This document shows positions 40,506 through 49,232 of a stretch of 64,000 nucleotides of DNA, piece after piece. Within the stretch, counting starts at the first letter, position 1, and every line of letters starts with the position of its first letter. The position numbers were made by a program, and so were the translations under genes. The DNA lies in the NCBI GenBank assembly GCA_964479955.1, contig CAYZNK010000002.1, forward strand, positions 7,489 to 71,488, in the 5' to 3' direction. The notes beneath the pieces are model-generated. The model saw only the letters and a program-made list of their open reading frames with translations, was not told the DNA's origin and did not search any database. The stretch is from an uncultured Candidatus Saccharibacteria bacterium. Its GTDB lineage: Bacteria; Patescibacteriota; Minisyncoccia; Minisyncoccales; Staskawiczbacteraceae.

Positions 40506-41783
40506 ATGTGGTACGAAAAAATAACTTTTCTCTTCAAAGATAAAGACCTAAGAAAAAAATTTCTTTTTGTAATTTTTTTGTTTGTTGTTTTCAGAATAGC
40601 CGCAAATATCCCAATCCCGGGCATTGGAACGGAAAATTTGAAGAAAATGTTTGACCAAAATCAGGCGTTTGGATTAATGAATATATTTACGGGAGGGGCT
40701 ATGAGTAACTTTTCAATTGCTCTTTTGGGGCTTGGTCCTTATATCACGGCAACCATTATTCTGCAACTGCTTACAATGATTTTTCCTGCGTTAGAAAGAA
40801 TGTACAAGGAAGAAGGAGAAGCGGGTAGGCAAAAATTCAACCAATACTCAAGACTGTTTGCAATTCCCCTTGCTGCCTTCGAGGCTTACGGAATGCTGGC
40901 TGTTTTTCAGAATCAGGGAATGATTACGGGATTATCCCTGCCGGTTTTAATAAGCTCTATTATAACAATTACAGCCGGTTCAATGTTCTTGATGTGGATT
41001 GGAGAAATTATTTCAGAGCAGGGAATGGGCAATGGAATATCCCTTTTAATTTTTGCCGGAATAGTTGCCACTTTGCCTATAAATATTTTCCAGACTTTTG
41101 TGGTATGGGATGTGTCAAAAATTCCTTCTTATATTTTGTTTGCGGTTTTGTCTGTTGTAATAATAGCAAGCGTTGTCATAATCACAGAAGCCCGCAGAAA
41201 CATACCTGTTTCTTATGCAAAAAGAGTAAGGGGGGCAAAGATGTACGGTGGAGTTTCAACATATTTGCCATTAAGCGTTAATCCGGCTGGAGTTATCCCT
41301 ATTATCTTTGCAATGTCCATACTTTTATTTCCTTCAATGATAGCTACTTATCTGGGAACATACCCGGGAGTTGTGGGGGCTGTTGCAACAAGCATTGGAT
41401 TACTTTTTAATAATGCCTGGGTTCATGGAATTTTATATTTTTTATTGGTAATTCTTTTTACATATTTTTACACAGCAGTAACATTTGACCCGAAAGCAAT
41501 TGCTGAAAATTTACAAAAGATGGGAGGGTTTATTCCAGGAGTAAGGCCGGGAAATTCAACTTCTACTTTCATGAGCCATATTTTAAACAGGGTTTTGTTC
41601 ACAGGAGCCATGTTTTTGGGCCTCATAGCAGTTCTTCCATCAATTGTTTCCGGAATTACAGGAGTTTCTGGGTTCTCATTTCTGGTTGGAGGAACATCTT
41701 TGTTAATCGTTGTCAGTGTCGTTTTAGAAACAGTAAGGCAGATAAATTCCCAGCTTCAAATGCGGGAATACGACGCCTTTTAA
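40506..41783 (+). CDS. secY: preprotein translocase subunit SecY
   Basis: 10-TM profile and canonical position after rplO. Confidence 0.96.
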   Translation: MWYEKITFLFKDKDLRKKFLFVIFLFVVFRIAANIPIPGIGTENLKKMFDQNQAFGLMNIFTGGAMSNFSIALLGLGPYITATIILQLLTMIFPALERMYKEEGEAGRQKFNQYSRLFAIPLAAFEAYGMLAVFQNQGMITGLSLPVLISSIITITAGSMFLMWIGEIISEQGMGNGISLLIFAGIVATLPINIFQTFVVWDVSKIPSYILFAVLSVVIIASVVIITEARRNIPVSYAKRVRGAKMYGGVSTYLPLSVNPAGVIPIIFAMSILLFPSMIATYLGTYPGVVGAVATSIGLLFNNAWVHGILYFLLVILFTYFYTAVTFDPKAIAENLQKMGGFIPGVRPGNSTSTFMSHILNRVLFTGAMFLGLIAVLPSIVSGITGVSGFSFLVGGTSLLIVVSVVLETVRQINSQLQMREYDAF

Positions 41784-41788
41784 AAAAA

Positions 41789-42499
41789 ATGGATAAACAC
41801 GTTGTAATAATATTTGGCCCTCCCGGGGCAGGAAAAGGAACTCAGTCAGAGCTTTTATCTTCAAAAACAGGCGCTTATTTGTTTGAAACAAGCAGAATTT
41901 TGGAAAGAGAATTTGAAAAAGCGGAGAATCTTCCTGAAGATTCAAAAGAAAGATATATTGAATTTGACGGCCAAAAATTTGACATTCTGCACGAATACAA
42001 AATTTGGAAGCAAGGAATATTATGCGACCCTCCGTTTGTGACATACTTGGTTATTGAAGAAATTAAAAAACTTTTTGAGGAAGGAAAAAGTTTAATTTTG
42101 GCGGGTTCCCCAAGGACTCTTTACGAGGGAGAAAAAATAATGCCATTGATAGAGGAACTGTACGGGAAAGAAAACATAAAAACACTTTTAATTGATATTA
42201 GTCCGGAAGTTACAACATGGAGAAATACCCACAGGAGAATTTGCAAACTGGTAAGGCATTCAATCTTATTTACAAAAGAAACAGAACCTTTAACTATTTG
42301 CCCCTTGGACGGTTCTGAGCTTGTTAAAAGGGAGGGCTTGGATGACCCAGAATCAATAAAAGTAAGGCTTACGCAGTATAAAGAAAGGACTTTCCCAATA
42401 TTTGATTTTTTTGAGAAAAAAGGATTCAAAATCAAAAAAGTAAATGGAGAGCAGGATGTTTCTGATGTATATGACGATATTTTAAAAGAAATCAAATGA
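41789..42499 (+). CDS. adk: adenylate kinase
   Basis: GPPGAGKGTQ P-loop; canonical position after secY. Confidence 0.88.
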   Translation: MDKHVVIIFGPPGAGKGTQSELLSSKTGAYLFETSRILEREFEKAENLPEDSKERYIEFDGQKFDILHEYKIWKQGILCDPPFVTYLVIEEIKKLFEEGKSLILAGSPRTLYEGEKIMPLIEELYGKENIKTLLIDISPEVTTWRNTHRRICKLVRHSILFTKETEPLTICPLDGSELVKREGLDDPESIKVRLTQYKERTFPIFDFFEKKGFKIKKVNGEQDVSDVYDDILKEIK

Positions 42500-43242
42500 T
42501 TACGATAAAAACCCCGGAAGAAATAAAAATAATGCAGGAATCAGGAAAAATCCTGGCAAATGTCCTGCAAAAGCTGGAGAAAATGGTAAAGCCGGGAATT
42601 ACTACGATTGAATTAGACAGGGCCGCAGAGGCCCTGATTTTGTCTTTTGGTGCAAGGCCTGCTTTTAAAAATTATAATAAATTCCCCTATTCTTTATGCG
42701 CTTCTGTAAATGAAGATGTTGTGCATGGATATCCATCCGATTATAAATTAAAAGACGGAGATGTTGTTGGTTTGGACCTTGGGGTTGTTTACAAGGGATA
42801 TTATTCTGATATGGCCTCAACAATTGCTGTTGGCAAAGTTTCTTTTGAAGCAAAAAGATTAATTGCAGACACTAAAAAATCTTTGATGGTTGGCATAAAA
42901 AAAGCAAAAATTGGAAACACAATAGGGGATATTGGAAATGCAATTCAGAAGTATGTTGAGCCTAAAGGGTATGGAATTATAAAGGATTTGTGCGGACACG
43001 GAATAGGCAAAGACTTGCATGAAGACCCTCAAATTCCAAATTATGGCCAAAAAGGAGAAGGAGAGATGCTTGTTGAAGGAATGGTTATTTGCATTGAACC
43101 CATGCTTTCAATGGGAGACTGGAGGCTAAAACGCTCCAAAGACGGCTATGGCTATGCAACAAGAGACGGTTCGCTTTCAGCCCATTTTGAGCATACAATT
43201 GCCGTTACAAAGTCCGGCCCTAAAATTCTTACTAAAAATTAA
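42496..43242 (+). CDS. map: type I methionine aminopeptidase
   Basis: Metal ligands in the contexts GLDLGV..GYYSDM, GHGIG, ICIEP, HFEHT. Confidence 0.95.
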   Translation: MITIKTPEEIKIMQESGKILANVLQKLEKMVKPGITTIELDRAAEALILSFGARPAFKNYNKFPYSLCASVNEDVVHGYPSDYKLKDGDVVGLDLGVVYKGYYSDMASTIAVGKVSFEAKRLIADTKKSLMVGIKKAKIGNTIGDIGNAIQKYVEPKGYGIIKDLCGHGIGKDLHEDPQIPNYGQKGEGEMLVEGMVICIEPMLSMGDWRLKRSKDGYGYATRDGSLSAHFEHTIAVTKSGPKILTKN

Positions 43243-43276
43243 AATCCTTGCAGATGTTCAGCAAGGATTTTTTTAT
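43243..43276 (+). terminator. rho-independent terminator after map
   Basis: aatccttgc-agatgttca-gcaaggatt followed by tttttat. Confidence 0.75.
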
Positions 43277-43323
43277 TTCTGCTGATGTGTTAGTATCATA
43301 TAATATAATATAATAATCAAAAT

Positions 43324-44028
43324 ATGAAAAATTTAATTGTTGCAAACTGGAAGATGAACCCTTCTGAAAAAAAACAAGCAGAAGAAATTTTTAATAAAAT
43401 AAAATCCGGAATAGGGAGCTTAAAATCAGAAGTTGTAGTTTGCCCACCGTTTGTTTATTTGCCGTTATTGAATGGCATAACTCTTGGAGCTCAGAATATT
43501 TTTTATAGAGAGGGGAATGCTTTTACAAGCGGAATATCCGGAGAAATGCTAAAAGATTTAGGGGTTGAATATGTGATAATAGGACATTCAGAAAGCAGAA
43601 AATATTTGAAAGAAACAGACGAGGTTATTAATATAAAAATAAAAGAGGCGATAAAATTTGGATTTAAAATTATTTTTTGCATTGGGGAAACGGCAGAAGA
43701 AAAGGACGGCGACAAGAAAAATGAGGTTTTAGAAAGGCAGATAAAAACAGGGTTGCAGGGCGTTGAAAACTTGGATGATATAAATATTGCTTATGAGCCG
43801 GTTTGGGCAATTGGCACGGGAAATAATTGCTCTGCAGAAGAGACAAAACAAACAATTGAATTTATAAGAGGTTTTGTTGGGGCAAACACAAGAGTGCTTT
43901 ACGGAGGAAGCGTGAAAAGCGAAAACTCCGGAGACTACATTAAGAAAGCGGGTTCCGACGGCTTGCTGGTTGGAGGAGCGTCTTTGAACTCTGAAGAATT
44001 TATTAAAATTGTAAAATCAGCTGAATAA
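43324..44028 (+). CDS. tpiA: triosephosphate isomerase
   Basis: ANWKMN, IGHSESR, AYEPVWAIGTG, GGASL. Confidence 0.95.
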   Translation: MKNLIVANWKMNPSEKKQAEEIFNKIKSGIGSLKSEVVVCPPFVYLPLLNGITLGAQNIFYREGNAFTSGISGEMLKDLGVEYVIIGHSESRKYLKETDEVINIKIKEAIKFGFKIIFCIGETAEEKDGDKKNEVLERQIKTGLQGVENLDDINIAYEPVWAIGTGNNCSAEETKQTIEFIRGFVGANTRVLYGGSVKSENSGDYIKKAGSDGLLVGGASLNSEEFIKIVKSAE

Positions 44029-44040
44029 ATAATTCTTAAA

Positions 44041-44068
44041 AAGCGTCCTTAGCCAAAGGCGCTTTTTA
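44041..44068 (+). terminator. terminator after tpiA
   Basis: aagcgtcctt-agcc-aaaggcgct followed by ttttatt. Confidence 0.6.
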
Positions 44069-44079
44069 TTCAGATTGTC

Positions 44080-44108
44080 TTGACATTAGTTTATATAAAT
44101 GGTATAAT
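44080..44108 (+). promoter_or_regulatory. consensus sigma70 promoter of cassette F
   Basis: TTGACA, exactly 17 nt, TATAAT. Confidence 0.7.
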
Positions 44109-44156
44109 AAATAATAGGCACAAAACAACGGTCCGCTTACAAAAGGAGGAATAGCG

Positions 44157-44543
44157 ATGAACCGTCAAAGCAGGGGTTTGTTGGATTTGGTGGATGTCCT
44201 TGTTACAAGACGAGCCGGTCTTCAGCAATCGCTGGCAGGAGAGTTGCGTTTTCTTAGGTCGGTTCCTCAAGAAAACATCCTTAACCTTCCGGACTCTGCA
44301 TTGAGTTCGGAAGGTTTGGAGGTTGCTTCCCGCCTTGCCGAAGAGAAGAGCAACGAGCTTCTCCTTATTGAGGAAGCCTTAGGGCGGGTTGAAAACGGTC
44401 TTCACGGTGTTTGTGAAAGATGTGGAAAGAGAATCCCGCAGGCTCGAATGGAAGCTGTACCCCACGCAACCCGTTGCGTAAAATGCCAGCGGGTTTACGA
44501 AATTGAGTGCGCTGTTGATGAAAAGGACTTAGTTGAAGCCTGA
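44157..44543 (+). CDS. DksA/TraR-family C4 zinc-finger protein (cassette F)
   Basis: AGGAGG at 44144-44149 lies 7 nt before the ATG. C-terminal CERCGKRIPQARMEAVPHATRCVKCQ preceded by a coiled-coil region. Confidence 0.82.
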   Translation: MNRQSRGLLDLVDVLVTRRAGLQQSLAGELRFLRSVPQENILNLPDSALSSEGLEVASRLAEEKSNELLLIEEALGRVENGLHGVCERCGKRIPQARMEAVPHATRCVKCQRVYEIECAVDEKDLVEA

Positions 44544-44573
44544 TACTTCAACAGTGGCGCCCAGTCAAGATAT

Positions 44574-44611
44574 GCCCTTCAGACAGAGAGTTTGAAGGGC
44601 TTTTTATTTTT
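44574..44611 (+). terminator. rho-independent terminator
   Basis: gcccttc-agacagagagttt-gaagggc followed by tttttattttt. Confidence 0.8.
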
Positions 44612-44666
44612 GTAAAAAAACATAAAACATTGCCATGAATATTTTTTTGTTGTAAAATAATAAAAT

Positions 44667-46439
44667 ATGAAGTCCTCCGAATTAAGAGAAAAATATCTTG
44701 AATTTTTTAAATCCAAGGGGCATAAAATAATTCCCTCTGCTTCTTTGATTCCTGAAAATGACCCTACGGTTTTATTCACAACAGCCGGAATGCATCCCCT
44801 GGTGCCTTATTTGTTGGGCCAAAAACATCCAGAGGGTACAAGGTTGGTTAATGCGCAAAAATGCATAAGAACCGGAGATATTGACGACGTTGGGGATGAT
44901 ACTCATCTTACATTTTTTGAAATGCTTGGAAATTGGTCTTTGGGGGATTACTGGAAAGATGAGGCAATAAAATGGTCTTTTGAATTTTTAACAAAAGAGC
45001 TTAAAATTCCCTTAGAAAGGCTGGCTGTAACTTGTTTTGCAGGAGACAAAGATGCTCCAAAAGATGAAGAATCTGCAAAAATTTGGGAAAGCCTTGGAAT
45101 AAAAAAGGAAAGGATCGCTTTTCTTCCAAAAGAAGACAACTGGTGGGGGCCTGCTGGAAAAACTGGGCCATGCGGACCGGATACGGAAATGTTTTATTGG
45201 AAAGACAATACTGATAAAGCTCCTAAAAAATTTGACCCAAAAGATAAAAACTGGGTTGAGATATGGAACGATGTTTTTATGCAGTATATAAAAGATGAAA
45301 ATGGAAATTTTAATCCCGCCCTACAAAAAAATGTTGATACGGGAATGGGTTTAGAAAGGACAATAGCTGTTTTGAATGGAAAAGAAAATGTTTACGAAAC
45401 AGATTTATTTTTGCCGATTATAAAAAAAATTGAAGAACTAAGCGGTAAAAAATATGAAGATAATAAGAAAGCATTTAGAATAATAGCTGATCATATAAAG
45501 AGTATTTCATTTCTAATTTCTGAAGGAATTGTTCCGTCCAATAAAGCAGGTGAAAGAGGTTCTGTGTTATTCAACTTGATAAGGGATTCTTATAAAGTCG
45601 GCTTAGAGTTAGGTTTAAAACCTGAAAAAGATTTTGATGATTTGACAGAGATTGTAAAAGATATCTATAAAAATACAGGCTATTTGGATGCTAAATTAGA
45701 ATCAAGAGATGTAAAAAAATATGTAATTAAAGAAGAGCAAAGAATTGAAAAAATTATGGAAACTGGAATTAGTGATACATCAACTGCTATGTCCGAATCA
45801 GATTACGATCCTTATACTTGGTATTCTACATCTGGAGTACCATATCCTATACTTGAAGAAGAATGGAGAAAGAGGCACGGGGACACAGAAGGATTTAGAT
45901 TGAGATTTGAAGAGGGAAAAAGACGACATCAAGAGTTGAGTAGGACGGCGAGCGCTGGAATGTTTAAGGGGGGATTGGCTGATAATAGCGAGGAAACCAC
46001 GAAACTGCATACGGCCGCCCATTTAATGTTAGCCGGGCTTAGAAAGGTTTTGGGTGACGACGTTTTTCAGAAGGGGAGCAATATTACTGCCGAAAGATTA
46101 AGGTTTGACTTTTCACATAAAGAAAAAATGACCAGTGAACAAATAGAAGATGTAGAAAATTTTGTAAATGATATAATAAAAAAAGACCTACCTGTTTTAA
46201 TCGAACAAATGCCTATTGAAAAAGCAAAGGAAACCGGAGCTATGGGTATTTTTGAATCAAAATACGGCCAAATGGTAAAAATTTATACAATAAAAGACAA
46301 AGAAAATATTGTCAGCAGGGAAATTTGCGGAGGGCCGCATGTTGAACATACAGGAGTTTTGGGACATTTTAAAATACAAAAAGAAGAAAGTTCTTCTTCT
46401 GGAGTAAGAAGAATCAAAGCAGTACTTGAAAATTTTTAA
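44667..46439 (+). CDS. alaS: alanyl-tRNA synthetase, short form (catalytic and editing domains, no C-Ala domain)
   Basis: REKYLEFFKSKGH..IPSASL...FTTAGM at the N-terminus. HTAAHLM and CGGPHV editing-domain motifs. 590 aa. Confidence 0.88.
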   Translation: MKSSELREKYLEFFKSKGHKIIPSASLIPENDPTVLFTTAGMHPLVPYLLGQKHPEGTRLVNAQKCIRTGDIDDVGDDTHLTFFEMLGNWSLGDYWKDEAIKWSFEFLTKELKIPLERLAVTCFAGDKDAPKDEESAKIWESLGIKKERIAFLPKEDNWWGPAGKTGPCGPDTEMFYWKDNTDKAPKKFDPKDKNWVEIWNDVFMQYIKDENGNFNPALQKNVDTGMGLERTIAVLNGKENVYETDLFLPIIKKIEELSGKKYEDNKKAFRIIADHIKSISFLISEGIVPSNKAGERGSVLFNLIRDSYKVGLELGLKPEKDFDDLTEIVKDIYKNTGYLDAKLESRDVKKYVIKEEQRIEKIMETGISDTSTAMSESDYDPYTWYSTSGVPYPILEEEWRKRHGDTEGFRLRFEEGKRRHQELSRTASAGMFKGGLADNSEETTKLHTAAHLMLAGLRKVLGDDVFQKGSNITAERLRFDFSHKEKMTSEQIEDVENFVNDIIKKDLPVLIEQMPIEKAKETGAMGIFESKYGQMVKIYTIKDKENIVSREICGGPHVEHTGVLGHFKIQKEESSSSGVRRIKAVLENF

Positions 46440-46480
46440 TTTCAAACTTTAAATCAATTTTAAATTTTAAATTATTTCAC

Positions 46481-47764
46481 ATGCCAAAAAAAATTTACGA
46501 TATAAAATCGCCCAAAACCGCTGCTAAAGCAGAAAAGGAAATAAAGGAGTTTTTGAGCCAAGATCCAAAACCAATAAAAAGAAGCAGTCTAAAGAAAAAA
46601 GAAAAACAATCTTCGCGTAAAATTTGGATAATTGCGATTATTCTTATTTTGTTTGCAATAGGGGGATATTTGTATTTTAAATTGCAAAAAGTAAATATAG
46701 AAATTTGGCCAAAACTTGAAAACTTAAGTTATGAGCAGACAGTTACTGCCAGCCAGTCTTTTGAAATTGTGGATTTGTCTGAAAACCTTATTCCTGCCAA
46801 ATATATTGAAGTTGAAAAAACCGGAAACAAGGATTTTGACGCAACTGGAAACGCTTCAGACGAAGGAAAAGCAACAGGAACAATAACCGTCTATAACAAA
46901 TATAGTCCGGCAACATCAATAACCTTAAAGCAGGGAACCCATTTTTTATCTGATTCTGGAAAATACTTTAAGACATTGGAAAGGATTGTAATTCCGGCTG
47001 CAAAAACAAGCGGCGGAAAAGTTACACCGGGTTCAATTGAGGCAAAAGTTGAAGCCGTAGAAGGAGGAGATGGATATAATATAGGGCCAGCCAATTTTTC
47101 AGTCCCAAAGCTATCTGGAAGCTCTTATTATTACAGCATTTACGGAATATCAAAAGACGCAATGGCCGGAGGATTCTCCGGGAGTGTTAAAAAGATTACA
47201 GAAAGCGATATATCCGAAGCTAAGTCAGAACTTATAAAAATCGTCTCTGCGGAATCTTTTGAAAGCATAAAAAGCCAGTTGGATGAAGATTATATCTTGT
47301 TAGACAATGCAGTTTTCTATGAAACATTAAGCTCTGGAACTGATGCAAAATCAGGCGAGATAAAAGAGCAGTTTAATTATCAAGCGACCGTTAAAACAAA
47401 GGCTCTGGCATTTAAAAAGTCGGACCTTGATAAGTTTGCAAAGAATTATATTGTTTCAGAAATGTCAGAAAACTATGCGGTTTTTGAGCCAAGCATTAAA
47501 TCGGAATATACTTTAAAATCAATAGATATTGAAGAATCAGAGGCTGTTCTTGAAATCAAATTTTCAGCGGATGTTTACAGAAACATAAATAAGAATCTCC
47601 TGTCCTTGCTATTGACCGGAAAAAATAAAAATCAAATAAACGAAACTATAAACAATAATTTAACGGATTCAGTATCAAAGGTTGAAATAAAATTTTTCCC
47701 GTTTTGGATAACAAAATCCCCTAAAAACCAAAAGTCGGTTGAAATTGAGCTGAATTTCCAATAA
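46481..47764 (+). CDS. hypothetical N-terminally anchored extracytoplasmic protein
   Basis: Lys-rich N-terminus, TM helix IWIIAIILILFAIGGYLYF, beta-rich remainder (ATGTITVYN...). Only a weak impression of baseplate-J-like proteins. Confidence 0.55.
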   Translation: MPKKIYDIKSPKTAAKAEKEIKEFLSQDPKPIKRSSLKKKEKQSSRKIWIIAIILILFAIGGYLYFKLQKVNIEIWPKLENLSYEQTVTASQSFEIVDLSENLIPAKYIEVEKTGNKDFDATGNASDEGKATGTITVYNKYSPATSITLKQGTHFLSDSGKYFKTLERIVIPAAKTSGGKVTPGSIEAKVEAVEGGDGYNIGPANFSVPKLSGSSYYYSIYGISKDAMAGGFSGSVKKITESDISEAKSELIKIVSAESFESIKSQLDEDYILLDNAVFYETLSSGTDAKSGEIKEQFNYQATVKTKALAFKKSDLDKFAKNYIVSEMSENYAVFEPSIKSEYTLKSIDIEESEAVLEIKFSADVYRNINKNLLSLLLTGKNKNQINETINNNLTDSVSKVEIKFFPFWITKSPKNQKSVEIELNFQ

Positions 47765-47863
47765 AAAAGCATGGCGCCGACAAAACCCGCAAATAATTGG
47801 GTGGGGACTTGATTTTTATTTTCTAATTTGTTATTATAAAAAGGTATTAGAAATTGACCAATA

Positions 47864-48094
47864 ATGGATCAAAACGGAAAAAATTCCAAAAATATCAAAA
47901 AAGAAGGGAGGGTTACAGAGGCTTTACCAAATGCTTTTTTTAGGGTATTATTAGAAGATGGAAACGAAATATTGGGGTTTCTTTCAGGAAAGATGAGAAT
48001 GCACAGAATCACAATTTTACCGGGGGACAGGGTTTCAGTTGAGATGACGCCATATGATGATAAAAAAGGAAGAATAGTTTATCGTTTGAAATAA
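47864..48094 (+). CDS. infA: translation initiation factor IF-1
   Basis: [19 protein letters not shown]...[29 protein letters not shown]. Confidence 0.96.
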   Translation: MDQNGKNSKNIKKEGRVTEALPNAFFRVLLEDGNEILGFLSGKMRMHRITILPGDRVSVEMTPYDDKKGRIVYRLK

Positions 48095-48115
48095 AAACAG
48101 ATATTGGTTATTTTA

Positions 48116-48162
48116 CCCCGCCCTTTGCGCTAATTAACAAAAAGTTAGCTTAAAGGGCGGGG
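48116..48162 (+). other. GC-rich nested hairpin between infA and rpmJ
   Basis: ccccgcccttt...aaagggcgggg forms an 11-bp stem enclosing gctaa...ttagc. It is followed by ttctcatataattt. Confidence 0.5.
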
Positions 48163-48191
48163 TTCTCATATAATTTATAGATTGCAAAATA

Positions 48192-48308
48192 ATGAAGACC
48201 AGATCGTCAATTAAAAAAATGTGTGATAGTTGTAAAATCATCAAAAGAGAGGGTCGTATTTATGTTATATGTAAAAAAAATCCAAAGCACAAACAACGCC
48301 AGGGATAA
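48192..48308 (+). CDS. rpmJ: 50S ribosomal protein L36 (below the ORF-track cutoff)
   Basis: [38 protein letters not shown]. Confidence 0.93.
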   Translation: MKTRSSIKKMCDSCKIIKREGRIYVICKKNPKHKQRQG

Positions 48309-48340
48309 TAAACTAATTTAAAATTTAAAAATTTTTAGTT

Positions 48341-48730
48341 ATGCCAAGAATAGCGGGGGTCAATATACCCGAAAACAAAAGAATAGAAATAGCTTTGACT
48401 TATATATATGGAATAGGCAGGCCTTTGAGTAAAAAAATTCTGGATGATGTAAAAATAAACGCAGATAAAAAATCTTCTGATTTGTCTTCAGAAGAAATAA
48501 ACACCCTTAAAGAATACATAGAAAAGAGATATAAAATAGAAGGGGATTTGAGAAGACAGATAATGGTGAATGTTAAGAGATTAAAAGATATCGGCACATG
48601 GAGAGGCCATAGGCACTCAAGAGGTTTGCCTGTTAGGGGACAAAGGACAAAAACCAACAACAGAACTGTTAGGGGAAATGTAAGGAAGACAATGGGTTCA
48701 GGGCGCAAACCGCCGGCAATGCCAACATAG
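48341..48730 (+). CDS. rpsM: 30S ribosomal protein S13
   Basis: [24 protein letters not shown]. Confidence 0.96.
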   Translation: MPRIAGVNIPENKRIEIALTYIYGIGRPLSKKILDDVKINADKKSSDLSSEEINTLKEYIEKRYKIEGDLRRQIMVNVKRLKDIGTWRGHRHSRGLPVRGQRTKTNNRTVRGNVRKTMGSGRKPPAMPT

Positions 48731-48755
48731 AATGCAACTTATTAACAAATAAAAA

Positions 48756-49211
48756 ATGGGAAAAAAACATATAATAGAAACAAATCAAGAAGAGTTAATA
48801 AAAGAGGGTGAAAAAGTCCAGGCAGCAGTGTCAAAAGAAGCTAAAATAAACCCAACTGTTGCCAGGGTAAAAGATGGAAAGATTTATGTATCGTCTTCTT
48901 ATAATAATACACTGTTAACTCTTACTAATCAGAGAGGACAGGTTTTAGCATGGAAGTCAGCGGGTTCTGTTGGTTTTAAAGGCGCTAAAAAGGCAACCTC
49001 TTTTGCCGCATCCAGAGTTGCCGAAACTATTGCAAATGTTTGCAAAAAAATGGGAATTGAAAAAATAGAAGTTTTGATAAAGGGCATCGGAGCAGGCAGA
49101 GAATCAGCTGTAAGGACATTAGTTTCTCAGGGAATAAATATTTCTTCAATCAGGGATATAACTCCAATTCCCCACAACGGATGCAAACCTAAAAAAATAA
49201 GAAGGGTCTAA
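48756..49211 (+). CDS. rpsK: 30S ribosomal protein S11 (N-terminal extension)
   Basis: SSYNNTLLTLT...G.V.AW.SAG..GFKG.KK.T.FAA. Confidence 0.95.
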   Translation: MGKKHIIETNQEELIKEGEKVQAAVSKEAKINPTVARVKDGKIYVSSSYNNTLLTLTNQRGQVLAWKSAGSVGFKGAKKATSFAASRVAETIANVCKKMGIEKIEVLIKGIGAGRESAVRTLVSQGINISSIRDITPIPHNGCKPKKIRRV

Positions 49212-49232
49212 AATAAGCCCGAAATAAATTTT

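Noticed and set aside
44612-44666. T-box or other riboswitch leaders upstream of alaS and proS.
   Set aside because: The upstream intergenic regions (about 55 nt after the terminator for alaS, about 53 nt for proS) are too short and too AT-rich to hold a T-box or comparable structure.
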